64,000 nt of DNA from Felis catus (lineage: Eukaryota), in NCBI RefSeq assembly GCF_018350175.1, contig NC_058368.1, positions 169,882,001-169,946,000 on the forward strand. The letters are read 5' to 3'. Of the stretch, positions 37,342-50,095 are shown in pieces. Within the stretch, counting starts at the first letter, position 1. Each line of letters begins with the position of its first letter. The notes beneath the pieces were generated by a model. That model did no database searches and had not been told where the DNA came from. It saw only the letters and a program-made list of their open reading frames with translations. A program made the translations under genes and the position numbers.

Positions 37342-37580
37342 TTTATTTATTTTTTATTTATTTTTGAATTTTTTTTCAATGTTTATTTATTTTTGAGACA
37401 GAGAGAGACAGAGCATGAACAGGGGAGGGTCAGAGACAGAGGGAGACACAGAATCTGAAACAGGCTCCAGGCTCTGAGCTGTCAGCACAGAGCCTGACGT
37501 GGGGCTCAAACTCACAGACTGCGAGATCATGACCTGAGCCAAAGTTGGGCGCTTAAACGACTGAGCCACCCAGGCGCACC
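37342..37580 (-). mobile_element. Can-SINE (SINEC_Fc)
   Basis: Typical body; TSD tca(a/c)aagtattttta at 37327-37341 and 37581-37595. Confidence 0.97.
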
Positions 37581-38156
37581 TCACAAGTATTTTTAAAGAA
37601 GTTTCTTACCCATTGCTTTTAAACTCTGGCTCATGGTGAATATTGATTTAAAATTATATAAAGTTTTTTTTTTAATTACATACATATAGCTTTTAAGGAG
37701 GGTGAGAGAACTGTGTCCACACTCACAGTTGCTATAAAAGGAGCTTTAAACTTACGGGTGAGAGGGTGCCATTAATTGTCTCTGTGTCAGTTACTGACCA
37801 TGATAGAACATTTGGTATGTCGAACATTACACTTAGCCTCCAGTTCTCAGCCACTAGGACTCTACCATGTTTGATCCGCATGCTTCCTATAGATTAGTTT
37901 TCCTGTATCTGTGAGCTTTCCAGAGGCCACAGACTTGGGGACACTGGAAGATAGCATATAGTTATGGGAGAGAATCCAATCCTGTTCTGAAAGAGCTTAT
38001 AATTTTATTTGGGAAGTAGATGGATCACATGAAATAGCTAAATGAATATATAAGTAAATGTGGGAAAAGACAATAAAATGGTTGAGGAGGAAATATGAGG
38101 AAAGGGCATAATTTTAAACGAATTGGCTTTAACACAAAACAAGTCTAGTTTGGTTT

Positions 38157-38580
38157 TGTGGTGGGTTTAAGGTGGCTGAAAATTCTTTGGCATCCCTCCC
38201 ATCAAGAGTTGGTCTCTTTTTTGTTCCTTCACTTAGGTAGCTTTAACCGGTGAAATGCAATAGAAGTAACATTATGCTAGCTTCCGGTTAGCCCGTATGA
38301 GGTCTCGCAACTTCCTACTCCCTTGGAGCCCTGAGTCTTCTTGTAATAAGTTCAGATATCCTGTGGAAGAGACTACATGGAGATATAGAGGGGGTGAGTA
38401 TAGTTCAGCTTTCCAGATGCCCCTACCAAAGTGTCATTCCTATGGCTAAAACTGTTTCAGAGCCTCAAGTCTAGTCCAGCTACTAGCTGAATACCATCTG
38501 GTGACCCAGTCAACACTTGTGGACAGAAGAATCACCCACTTGAGCTCTGCCCTAGTTCTTGACTCACAAAATTATGAGAT
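38157..38580 (+). mobile_element. MLT1G/F-like LTR, 3' end missing
   Basis: 'tgtggtggg...aattctttggcatccctcccatcaagag...tagaagtaac...agctgaatacc...cagaagaatcaccc...gactcacaaaattatgaga'. Confidence 0.75.
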
Positions 38581-38737
38581 GGGTTTGGTTAGGGAATGAA
38601 AGACCTGAAATAAGGGATTTATTACAGAGATTAGGCATTATAACACTGTGAGAGAAGCCAAAGAATAAGGCTAGAAGAGATGGTTGGAGGATCAGAGAAG
38701 TCACTAACTAGGGAATATGAAGGGAGAAAAGTCTAAG

Positions 38738-39075
38738 TGTCTTAGTCTGTTTGGACTTCTATAATGAAATACCACAGACTGGGTAGCTTACAAAAACATA
38801 AATTTATTTCTCACACTTCTGGAGGCTGGGAAGTCCAAGATCAAGGCCACTACATGGTTGTGTTCTGGTGAGGGCCCTCTTGGTTCATAGATGTTGCTTT
38901 CTCTGTGCCTTTCATGGTGAGGAGTCTCTGTGGACCTCTTCTATAATGGCACTAAATGACCTGATGAGAGCTCTTGTGACCTAATCACCTTCCAAAGACC
39001 TCACCTCCTCATTACATCAACTTTGTGGATTAGGATTTCTTTGTTTTTTTTTTTAATTTTTATTTATTTATTTTG

Positions 39076-39126
<51 letters not shown>

Positions 39127-39308
39127 CCCAAGCAGACTCCATCCTCAGCAGCGAGCCTGATGCATGGCTATATCTCACGACTGTGAGATCATGACCCGAG
39201 CAGAAAACAATAGTTGGACACTTAACTGACTAAGCCACCCCAGTGCCCTGAGGATTAGGATTTCAACATGTGAATTTAGTAGGAGGCACAAATATTTAGA
39301 CCAGAGCA
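38738..39308 (-). mobile_element. MLT1A0-like MaLR solo LTR containing a SINE
   Basis: 'tgtcttagtctgttt...ctggaggctgggaagtccaagatcaagg...ggattaggatttc[SINE]aacatgtgaattt...agaccagagca'; 5-bp TSD ctaag/ccaag. Confidence 0.92.
39040..39249 (-). mobile_element. Can-SINE (SINEC_Fc2-like) with a long (GA)n
   Basis: Perfect TSD ggattaggatttc at 39027-39039 and 39252-39264. Confidence 0.96.
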
Positions 39309-42243
39309 CCAAGTCAAGCTCTTGCTTCTGCAACAGGCATAGGCTGTAATCACTGTAGGTTTCCAGGACAGGCAGTGGGAAAGAACAAGCTGGATATAAA
39401 TCAGGAACATAGTGGAATCAGCTGGGACAAATGGAATTGACAAGGACAAGCTGGAACTTACATCAGTCTCTCCCTACATCTAATCTTGATGATGGAGGAG
39501 ATCTGCAGAAGGGTCTGGGGCCCTTTGCTGCAGAGCTGCACATGTGCCTAGAAACAACAAGAAATTTGGTGGGAGGCTACAGATCCAAGTTGCTGCTGCC
39601 TAATGCAACAAGGGAGCCATCAAATCATCAGCAGAGTGCATGAGTTTTAGAGGCTTCTTCTGAGCTTAATGCCCACTACTACACCCCACCTCCAAATCTC
39701 ATGCAAATTCCCCTGTGGTAACAGAACCATACAAGGCAGAGAGACCTATGAAATATAGTTCTTGCTTAGCTAAAACACCAGTCTTATATTTGGGTTTGCT
39801 ACATACTATGTAGAGGCTTGTGACGGTCAGAATAGAGCTCCACAGGCCTGTTGGAAGGACTGAGCGAGTTAGGAACCACCACCACATCATGCAGTTTAGA
39901 ATTTAATAAATGTACAACCAAGACAAGCACAATGAGTTGGTTGCTTTTGGATATTTTATGAGCCAGAAACATAAATGCGAATGAAAACTAGGATCCTTGG
40001 CTCTGAGTCCACCTGCCTCCTCTATACTAAGTTAAGGAAATAGTGAATTCATTCATGTTACTCTGTGCCTTATTTCATAAATCCTTTGGAAGCTTGGAAT
40101 TACTTAAATGTCTTCTTTTTTCTCCATAGAGGAAGGTTTGTTACATTATCTCTTTCTTTACTGGTAAGATTGAAAGTCACATCATTAGCAGATATCACCA
40201 TTTTCATTGCTCCTCAGGGGACCTGATAGGTTGGAACTTAAGCACAGGTGTTCAGTGAAGACCATACCCTGTGATTCGGGTTAAATGTGACATAATTTTA
40301 TAAGTACTCAGACTTTTCACAGCAAAGCAGCATTATCAAATATAGAAGCTCTTTAGCGGCTTTTTAGGATTTAGTGCGACCTCAGAATCTTGACACTCTG
40401 CGTTTCTTTCGAGGGCAAACTTGAGCTTTCCTCTCTTGCTGTTTTCATGCCTAATGAATGTGTTTTTCTTGAGAGGCTTTCATGTCACGTTATTTCTCAC
40501 CCAGAGCTACGCTTTAATGTGTTATCTGGGAGTGCAACTACTAGAACTTTACAGTGTCATTCACTTAGGTAGGTGTGGGGGTTGCTGCAGCAAAAGAAGG
40601 CCAAAATCTTTCCATTTACCATGGAAGAGTCCCCATTGAAAAGGGAAAGGGGTTGTTTTTAATTTGTATTTGGGCTATAGTCTTATGAAGAAAAGAAAGA
40701 AGGTTTTCCATTTCCATTATGCCATTATGGGATTTCAAATAATATACTGTACAAAGGTGATTACAGTTCATTTTAGACATTGTGAGAACTCAGCCAAGAA
40801 GTCTCGGTCTCTCTTGAGAGCTTGGGTTGCACAGAGAACAAAAGGAATTACTGGTTTCAGAATGGGGAGAAAATAACAATATCAAGAAAGACACTCCCTC
40901 TTTTTTTCTTAGTGCTTTGGGAGAGAACTCCAACAATGTTCTTAAGTTGTTCCCAGTGCCAGTGGGATGGCTACAACAGACTTTCGGTTCTAGGGATTTG
41001 GGGGCTCCTACTGGGTAATGAGCACCTAGACTAATAGCCCTATTGGGGATTCAATTTAGAGTTTTATGTAAGGTAATATCCACTTCCATGGGAATAAATA
41101 TTTTTTATCTGCACATAGGGTTTGGCTCTTAGGATTAAAACAAAGTCATCTATTGGGTAATTTTTTTTCTGAAATTTCTTACCCAAGCTAAAACAGCAGC
41201 AAAGTCAAACCCAGCTTTTTATGATGATGTTGATCATCATCATCATCATTAACACCTTCATTTTCTTTTAGTTCAGAATAGCTTATTCTTTAGAGCAAAC
41301 ATAAACTGATTTGACTCTATGCACAAGAGCACAATAAATGCTAAGAGAAATGCTACTCTGCATTAACAAATGCATTGCATTAGAGTCGACTAGTAGTCTC
41401 TTGGCGATAGAGATGTTACTGGATGTCATTGTATTTGGATTTAGCTATTGTGACCTTTGGAGGCTAGCTAACACAGAGGAAGAAAGGACAACATATCTTA
41501 TTGTGCAGACAATGCACACTGTAAGACAGGTTGCAAAAAGCTATTGGTTTCGTCACATAAATCTCTTTGCCTCAGAGAGGTTGGAAAGATCTTAGTAATT
41601 CATGGGCACAAACTTTAATTTACTGTTTTTCTTGGGTGCCGCTGAGGGATGGTAGGAGGGAAAAAACCTTTCTATAAGGTGCACTGTTCTATTAGGAAAG
41701 ACAAGATATGAAGAGAGGAGTCAGGGGTTTCTGATCACTATCCATTTGCTTATTATCACGAAGATCAAATAAAATTTCTTTGTGCATAATTGTTTGAAAA
41801 GTCTTGCAGCATCATTAATTTTCTTTTGAACTACACACATATACTGAGGCACTAGATCAGTACTTTGAATGGTTACATTTTCTGTTGTGTCAGGATAAAT
41901 TGAAGAAAATCATTTTCATGTATATCTCTTTATGGGAACCCATTTTTTTTGGAGTATCTCTTGAGGTAACGTATGTGATAGATGAAATGGGTTCAAGGAT
42001 CTAGTGATTGAGAAAATGGGCAGAGATGGATCATGTTTCTTCTTTTTTCTTACTGGGATTACTTGTGATTTCAAAATATGAAATATTTTCAAAATAGGAA
42101 AACCAGGTAGAAAGAACAACCTCTTTGAATTATGATCTTGGCCTTGTTTGCAATGTACTTAAAGAGGCCTGAAGCATTTGGACTGTGGTTTTGCTTCTGA
42201 TAATGCTATATGGTTCCATTTCCCAGAACTGCGGTGAAGCAGC

Positions 42244-42281
<38 letters not shown>

Positions 42282-42288
42282 CATTATT
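42244..42288. repeat. (ATT)n/(ATCATT)n microsatellite
   Basis: Seen directly. Confidence 0.9.
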
Positions 42289-43619
42289 CCCAGGTATCCT
42301 TGGAGTGCAACAGCATATCGTCTCTAGTAGAGACTAAACCCAAAGCATGAACACTTCATCATCTCATTTAACACTTGAGATGGCTATGTCAGAGATGCAA
42401 AGCCACGGGGAGCTCCTTGGAAAGAGATTTCTCAGTATTCAGGGCACCACTAGAAGTCCTCACACCTGCTATTCATAGGTGTTTCTGGCACTGTTTTGCA
42501 GACATAAGCCTCCTTTCCCAAGACACTTCCTAAAGAGAGGCTCTCAAGGCAATACTCTAACACCAGCACAAACTCTAGAATGTTCCCAGGATCTCAAGAG
42601 CACAAATCATGCTGGCAAATAACATTTACTATATAAATCAAATAGCACATTCATTATCTCCAAGGACCTTGAAACTAGCCCCAGAAATTAAGTTGAGTTT
42701 CAGGCTACCTCTGTACTGCTTTGCGAAAAATGGCAGGGAATCAGAAATATTGTCATGGGCACCTGTAATACTGTGGTGTGAGAATGTAGCCCCCAGTGAA
42801 ACTAGTGATTTATACATCCTTGAAAATAGTAATGATGATTAAAACCAAAGAGAAGAGTTTCTCCCTTCTCAGTAATATTCCCAAGTAAGTAGGAAAATCA
42901 CATCAAAGAGCTAAGACCATGAAGGAAGTTTCTCATAGGCCCTTTTTTCATGGCACAGCAGGAGGAATATTCCAGATTCAGGGCCTATGCCTCAGGAGCT
43001 GATATATAAAGGACAGCTCACAATAGGTACAAAGTGGGACATGCTACAAAACAGGCACACTTGCCATTTCCCACTTCTCTGTTTTTGGATAGTAGTCAAT
43101 TGTTCTGAAACCTTAGGCATTGTATTTGTGTGATGGGAGTGTGTTAAAATATTAATTTTTATTTGCTTTTCCTAAGTTTTTTCCAAGCAAGTAGACAGCC
43201 CCTTAGTATTTTCATTCTTCAAAGAGTTTTCATAGAGCTAAAAAGCAGAAGCTGCCTAAAGCCTGTGGTGGTTTCTTCTGTAATGGCCTAAGTTCTTTGA
43301 AGGAATGATGCCCCTGTCTCAGAGGGAGGAGGGGGAAACCCAGCCTCTCAGGAGAAACCAGTGCAAATGTCCTGGATGCTGCAGCACAGCAAATGATGTT
43401 TGCAAAACCCTAGGGAAAGGAGGAGCCGCCGTAATGACTGTGGTGGTACTCAGGATTGGATTTAAATATATTTAAGAAGACTATATATGATATTTCCTAT
43501 GTACTAGAGTTTATGGGATGAGTTTCATACCTTCTCAATTTTTGTAGGTCTTGGCAGTTACAATGTGCTTTCTTGTATATCGTTTGCATAAGTCATTCTA
43601 CAAGATTGTAAGCTGCAAG

Positions 43620-44301
43620 GGTATACTAATTAGTAAGCCACTGTCCCTCAGCTTCAAATGCACCCTTTTATACCCTAGTTTGTGATTCTGGCCCTGAGAC
43701 GCTACAGTCACATGAGGTCTACCACCTCTCTGTTAGGCTTTTCCAGTAGGGTAACTGGCAGGAGGTGGAAGGCTCGAAAGGGAAGAGGAACACGTCCCTT
43801 CCTGTTTGCCCTCTGTTCTTGTCAGTGCCCCCTGGAAAACTCCTGCATCTCAGCTGTGGCAGATCATTCTCTAGGAGCACTTGATTTAAATTTGCAGTTT
43901 GCCACGTCACAAAACCAATGACATTGTGTCCTCTCACAGAGCCTTATTGTCATGGGCACCCGTAGCCTTCCCTCCTCAGAGATCTGGTCACCAGTACCAC
44001 ACAGACTTTCTGTGAGCTGAGTCACTAGCATCTGCTGGGTGATCTCTCCTCAGAGGTCTGAGTGACAAATCTGTGGGTCTCCAAAGTTCTAAGTGTTAAG
44101 AATTCTAAACTTTTCCATCTGACTCTTCATTCTGAGGGGTGAATCCTTAACCTACTCCATTTAATACTTGACCATATCTCTTGTTATGTCTTTTCAGTTC
44201 TTCAGTAGCTGGTTAACTATGCATGCCTTCTATATATGCTCTTCTCCCTATTAAAGTAACTAGTATGGTTTCTGTCTCCTGACAGGGCCCTGGCAGACAC
44301 A
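43620..44301 (+). mobile_element. ERVL solo LTR, LTR33-like
   Basis: 'ctcagcttcaaatgcacccttt...tgttaggctt...ggaggtggaagg' and end 'aactagtatggtttctgtctcctgacagggccctggcagacaca'. Confidence 0.6.
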
Positions 44302-44439
44302 ACAGGAATTTCTCCTGTGTGCAGCACTTTTGTCTCTGATGATTAGAATTGCATCTTACACTCAATACATGCTCAGTAAATGTACCTTGGTTTGATTTAA
44401 TTTGTTGCCATAATAATGCAAGAGGATTGTCTTTAAAGC

Positions 44440-44910
44440 CTAGTGGTAAAAACCAAGAGCTTTGGAATTTGACAGAGATGGGTTCAAATACCAGTTCTGC
44501 GACTGTTTTATTTTAAGCAAATTATTTAATCCTTCTAGGCCTTCATTTCTTCATCTATAAAAATAGACATAGGGGCGCCTGGGTGGCACCGTCGGTTAAG
44601 CGTCCGACTTCAGCCAGGTCACGATCTCGCGGTCCGTGAGTTCGAGCCCCGCGTCAGGCTCTGGGCTGATGGCTCAGAGCCTGGAGCCTGTTTCCGATTC
44701 TGTGTCTCCCTCTCTCTCTGCCCCTCCCCTGTTCATGCTCTGTCTCTCTCTGTCCCCAAAAAAATAAAATAAAAAACGTTGAAAAAAAAATTAAAAAAAA
44801 AAATAGACATAAATAAAGTGTCTACCTCGTAGTGTTGTGAACATCAGTAAGTCATTGTAAGCAAAACTGAGCACCTAATAAGTGTTCAATAAATAGTAGC
44901 TATTATTATT
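44440..44910 (+). mobile_element. MIR interrupted by a young SINE
   Basis: 'tagtggtaaaaaccaagagctttgga...gggttcaaatacc...catctataaaa' then 'tctacctcgtagtgttgtga...gttcaataaatagtagctatt'. Confidence 0.8.
44572..44798 (+). mobile_element. young SINEC_Fc
   Basis: CpG-rich 'gtcggttaagcgtccgacttcagccaggtcacgatctcgcggtccgtgagttcgagccccgcg'; perfect TSD aaaaatagacata at 44559-44571 and 44799-44811. Confidence 0.99.
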
Positions 44911-46245
44911 TGTATAAAAGAGAGGAAATTCAGAAGGAGAAGGGAAGTGAGTTTGCAAAGCAACTTAGCCTTGAAGGAAGGTTGAAAGAGGGAAGAAAGG
45001 AAAAAGATTAGGAAAACAAAAGAAAGCAGAGTGTGTGATGAAGTCATAGGGAAGAATGGATGGTAATATAGGGAGTATATGGGTGAAGGTGACTGAACTG
45101 ATTTTAGGTGAAACATGCAACCTTAAAATGAAGGCTCCATCGTGTATTTCATGTTGTCCTTTGTCCTCTTAAAAAATCATGGCAAGTCACAAAGATGTTT
45201 AATTTATGCAGTTTAAGGCAACTAAATTACTGAAAATCAAAAATTTCTTCATATTTAACTGCTTATGTTAGAAACCTACCTAAGGGAAGATTACATATTT
45301 CATTGCCTTCTTTTATTCTTCCTACTGACTTATACTTTAGTAGAGAAATGTGACTTCCTACCTTGATAACATGTCAAATGTTTCCTCTTATCTCTTCCTG
45401 AAACTTCTCCCTTCTTTTTCTGTTGAACTTAAGAGTCTATGCCATTAAGCATGTGTCTTATAACAATTCTGTCACATCCTTAAATTGTACTGTAAAAGCA
45501 TAAAGTTCTCATTTGCTCAAGCTGAGATTTCCGTCTCAAATGCGTGGAATGACAGGCTGCAATTTGTGTACAGGTTCACAAACCAATAATTGGGCTGAGC
45601 TCATGGCATGTGCTCTTACTCCTGGTCCATTTTCTAGTATTTGTACGTTATGCTGGATGCTAGCTATAAATTAGTCAATGCCCACGCAAAGCATGGTGGT
45701 GACTTTCAAAATAGTATTTCATGTCTTCAGAGGAGGTCTCATGGACCAAACTACTCAATGCATGTTGTCTTTGACAAATAAGTCAGTAAGGAAGACATTA
45801 AGTTGAGCTGATCTGTAACAATTGCTCTGGTTTAAAAAAGAAAAAAGAAAAAAAGCCACCGTGCTTGCCACAGCACATATATGCACACCACTAATGCTGC
45901 TCACCATGAATGTTGTTCAGATTTGTTTTTCCCTATAACTGAGTCATTCTGGGTGACTGTGATTAATGAAGACAAGGTCAATGGTAAGAGTAGACATCAA
46001 AAAACCTATAGAATAGAACCCAATTCCTATTTATTATTGTAGCATATATACATCTATGTGTACAGGTAAACATATATATGGTAAATACACAAATATGTGT
46101 GTGTGGGAATCACACATTTCTCTCTGTTATAATCTGTCATCCCCTCCTGGAAATGGAAGGAAAAAGTATTGTGACTGCTGTAGGTCCTGTGAAAGTAACA
46201 TCAGAGATGGGCTTCCTCTTATCTGTAGTCCTGCTGCCTGTGTTG

Positions 46246-46308
46246 GTGTGTATATGTGCGTACGCATACGTATGCACACATGTGCACATGAGTATATGCA
46301 TGTGTGTG
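46246..46308. repeat. alternating purine-pyrimidine tract
   Basis: Unbroken R/Y alternation 46246-46290, continuing imperfectly to 46308. Confidence 0.85.
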
Positions 46309-46417
46309 AGAGATATAGGAAAGGAGAGAGGGAAAAAGAGAAATTTAATGGTTAAGCTAGAAGACAGTTAGAGGCACCAGGGCAAATAGACATGGTTATC
46401 AGGATGCAGAGCCAGTA

Positions 46418-46731
46418 AGATGCCAAAGCAGATTCTGCTGTTCATTTAGTCACTTGTTTTGTTTTTTAGGTTCCACATATGAGTGAAACCATATGGTGTT
46501 TGCCTTTCTCAGTCTGACTTATTTCACTTAGCACTGTACCCCCTTGTTCCATCCATGTTGTTGCAAATGGCAAGATCTCATCCTTTTTAATGGCAGAGTG
46601 ATTGCATGGTATGGTAGGAGACAATAGCTAGTCTCGTGGTGAGCACAGCAGAAGATGCTAAATCGCTGTGCTGTACACCTTAAACTAACCTAACAGTGTG
46701 TGTCAGCTATACTCAAACAAACAAACAAAAA
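46418..46731. mobile_element. short 5'-inverted (twin-primed) carnivore-type L1
   Basis: 46418-46600 is antisense L1 3' sequence (compare 61110-61235); 46601-46731 is the sense 3' terminus 'ctgtacacct...tgtcagctatactcaaa' plus an A-rich tail; TSD 46401-46417 / 46732-46748 (14/17 identical). Confidence 0.85.
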
Positions 46732-47639
46732 AAGATACAAAGCCAGTAGATTAGAAATGGTGAACAGAAGGTAGTGTCCTTCAATATAAGTGACTCTCAA
46801 TGACTGGTCATTTATGTACAAAGGATGAGTTTTCATGGTCAGGAACAATTTAAAGGATATAGGACAAACCACAGTGCAATTGCCAGTCTGCCTTTTTCTG
46901 AAAGACCCTCAAATTATCTTTTCTTATAGTTTTCTGCTTATAGTCTGCCAGGGATTAAAGATTCAGATAACAAAATTGTTAGACTGTTGTTCACATTAAA
47001 GATAAAGCAGTTTTGAATGAAATCATATATGTAGAATGTTCATGGGATTCAACCCACAGGTGGTTTGATATGGACAATGGGTTCTCAGAGGTCTTCATTT
47101 TATGTTTTTGAAGGAGAGTTAGGATTTTAAGGAATGTAATTACCATGTATGGAATGAATTAATTATTATATTTTATTATTAAACATGTTTGTTGAACAAG
47201 CCTGAATTAAGACTATGGAGAACTATACATCTTTTCCAATACAAGTATAATTTCACAATTACCTGGAAATTTTAAATTCAAGAGGCTGTAAACTAATAAT
47301 AATTAGGCATTTTATTAGGAAGAATATTTATAACCACATGAAGAAAAAAGTATATTTAAAATAGTAGCCTTCCTTAAAGAATATTTTAAATAAATTATGG
47401 CAAACAAGTAGCTAAATATTTAATTAGAATGAAATAAAAATACTGTGAATGTACTGTAAGAGCTCTGCACTGAGCAAGAGGTTAAAATTCAGTGTCATCT
47501 TAAAAAGTCAAAGGGTAAAAACTGCACTTATATGAAAATTATTAGGAATGCATTTCCAATTAAGCAAGCTTTGAGTCCTTGCTCTGAATATCACCTTCTC
47601 ATTCCCTCTGGTCCTACCCAAATCCACATTTAATAAATT

Positions 47640-48125
47640 TCATTTTATTTATTCGTTTATTAATTTATTCAAAACACATTACTGAGGCGTCCACCATATG
47701 CCCAAACTATTCTAAACATAGGTAATAGAGCAGTGAACAGGACAGATACAGCCTCTGTCCTCCTGGAGCTTCTGTTTTAGTGGAGGAGACAGAAAATAGC
47801 CTAGTAATCTGAGGTATATATTGAATGTTTTCAAAAGAAGATCTCAAGAAAAATAAAGTAGAAAAAGCAAATAGGAAAGGAAAATATGGGGGCCCATATG
47901 TTACATATTAGATGTGGTAGTAAGTAAAGTATCCTTGAGGGGTGGCATTTGATTAGTCTTGAATGCAGTGAGGATGTGAACCACAAAAGGACCTGAGCTT
48001 ACAGGTAGAAGTGACACCCAGTTCCAGGACCTGAGGCAACAATAAGCCTGTCATGTTCAAGGAAGAGCAAGACCTTAGGCATAGGTGGAGTGAGGGAAGT
48101 TAAAATGGTAGGAGATGAGGTTGGA
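47640..48125 (-). mobile_element. L2 3' region
   Basis: 'tttattcaaaacacattactgagg...agcagtgaacaggacaga...ctctgtcctcctggagctt...ttcaaggaagagcaag'. Confidence 0.85.
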
Positions 48126-48129
48126 GGGA

Positions 48130-48500
48130 TGTATCAGTTACATATTATTATCTATTACACACACTCAGAATCCCGAAGCATTAACCGTTTGCTGGGTCAC
48201 AATTCTGCTATTTGAGCTGGGCTTCACTGAGTGGCTCTCCTGCTAACCATGTCTAGGCTACAGTCAGCTGCTGATTTGACTGCAGCTGATGGTCTGAGAT
48301 GGTCTCATTCACATGTCTGGTGGTTGGTGCTGACCCTTGGCTGAGTTATGTGTCCCCACCACATGGTAGTGGCAGTATTCCAAGAATGTAAGCCTTAATT
48401 CCCAAGCACTTAACAAGTGTCTCCATATATCACATATACTGATTGCTCAAAGACCAAAGCAAACCACGTGTTCAAGCACAGGGTCAAGGTGGAAGGATAA
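48130..48500 (-). mobile_element. MLT1H-like LTR
   Basis: 'tgtatcagtta...tcacaattctg...ctcattcacatgtctggtggttggtgctg...ccaaagcaaaccacgtg'. Confidence 0.7.
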
Positions 48501-48705
48501 TTCACTGGGGCTCTGAGTGTGAAAATATACCACAGAAGGCGTGAAGGGGCCAGGAAATTTTATTCCTTCTTATCTTCAGACTGTTTTCTTCCTTTTCTCT
48601 TCCCTTAATGCTCTAGACTGCTTTATGGCTTTCACAAGAGTTTAGATGAAGGCCCTGCCATCCTTGAGAAATTAAAAATGTTCCTCAGCCTGTTCACATA
48701 ATGCT

Positions 48706-48710
<5 letters not shown>

Positions 48711-48746
<36 letters not shown>
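48711..48746. repeat. (CA)18 microsatellite
   Basis: Perfect CA run seen directly. Confidence 0.97.
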
Positions 48747-48751
<5 letters not shown>

Positions 48752-49383
48752 TCACTCTAATATTTTAATGGACTAATTAGATCAAATGCTTGCTGCTGGA
48801 AGTAACCAGCCCCAGTTTCTGGGGCAGCAGTGACAGCCCATGGGCTCTGAATGGCACACTAATTTACTCTAGTAGGCTATTTGAGAAGTTCTGACTTAAA
48901 GGATTTAACTCCCAGATTCTTCCTCTAATACTTTACTTGAGTCCCACCACTTTCAGATAGTAAGAACAGTTAACATTCATTTGAAAGACACTTCATTCTG
49001 ACCCAATATTCATTATCCTCTTCTCTTCTGCTTAGTAGAACACAGATTTTGTTTGAGGCAGGAATGTGCCGTTACCAAGCAATGAATCCTGATAGATCTA
49101 AGTCAGTCTTAGGGAATGTTTCTTTCCCTTTTGCAGGGTTTGTTTGAATTAGGAGTATCTCATGCTATCAATCTAGCTAAGGAAGAAATAAGGGAATACT
49201 GCTAGAGGGGGTCATTCAGTGGAAATCTTCAACTTTCCTAATTCAAGGTACAAATAGTGTTTGTGACATCCTTTCTCTATCATTTTTTTCTTGGATATGG
49301 ACATGATGCCTGGAGATGTGACAGCCATCTTGATAGAAAGAGAGAAAGACTGAGAGATTGCCAGAGACACTGGCCTTCAAATC

Positions 49384-49630
49384 TCTATTAGTCTCTTAGG
49401 GCTGCTGCAACAAATTACCACAGTTGGGGTGGCATGCACCATCAGGAAGTGTCTCAAGGTTCTGAAAGGTGTGAGTCTGAAACTAGTGTGTCAGCAAGCC
49501 ATGTTCCTGCTGATGGCTTTAAGGAGTATCCTTCCTTGCCTCTTCCAGCTTCTGGTGGCTCTAAACAATCTTTGGCATTCCTTGGTTTATAGATACTTCC
49601 CTCCAATCTCTGCCTCCATTTTCACATCTC
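49384..49630 (-). mobile_element. MLT1B/C-like LTR fragment, adjacent to older MLT1 pieces at ~49010-49380
   Basis: 'tattagtctcttagggctgctgcaacaaattacca...ttgcctcttccagcttctggtggct...ccaatctctgcctcc'. Confidence 0.8.
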
Positions 49631-49929
49631 CACTCAGGCTTGACTCTGTAGCCTTCTGTTCTGCTACATATTGCAGAAGCACGTATTGACCTCAAGGTGC
49701 CATAAAATCAAAGGAACTGAAATGCTGAGCTAACATCTGAGGGACAGCTCCTCAGAAACTTACCTACAGAGACCTTGTCTGCCGAGAACTTAGTGCGGTG
49801 GGGTTGTGTGAAAGTTGGAGGTGGTTTGCTATCATAGAAAACCTACCCCATCCTGACTTATGCATTATTTTTGCTGGATAAAGAAGAAGGAGAGGCTCCA
49901 AATATTTATATGTTAATATTCTTCACACA

Positions 49930-50095
49930 TGCACCTTCTCATTTAATCATCCAAACAAACCCCATAGGTAAACATTACTATTATGTCTGTCTTATAGGCA
50001 AGGATACGATGGCTCACTTCTCTGGGCCAACAAGAGCCCACAGCTACTAAGGTAGGAGAGTTAGGGCTTAAACTCAGTCAGAGGCCATGCTCTTA
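49930..50095 (-). mobile_element. MIR
   Basis: 'tctcatttaatcatccaaacaaacccataggta...cacagctactaag'. Confidence 0.6.

Larger units (their letters stand above)
38581..39780 (-). mobile_element. ERVL-type LTR split by MLT1A and a SINE (pieces 38581-38737 and 39309-39780)
   Basis: 'ccaaatctcatgcaaattcc...gaaatatagttc' resembles ERVL LTRs; continuity across the MLT1A TSD ctaag/ccaag. Confidence 0.5.
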
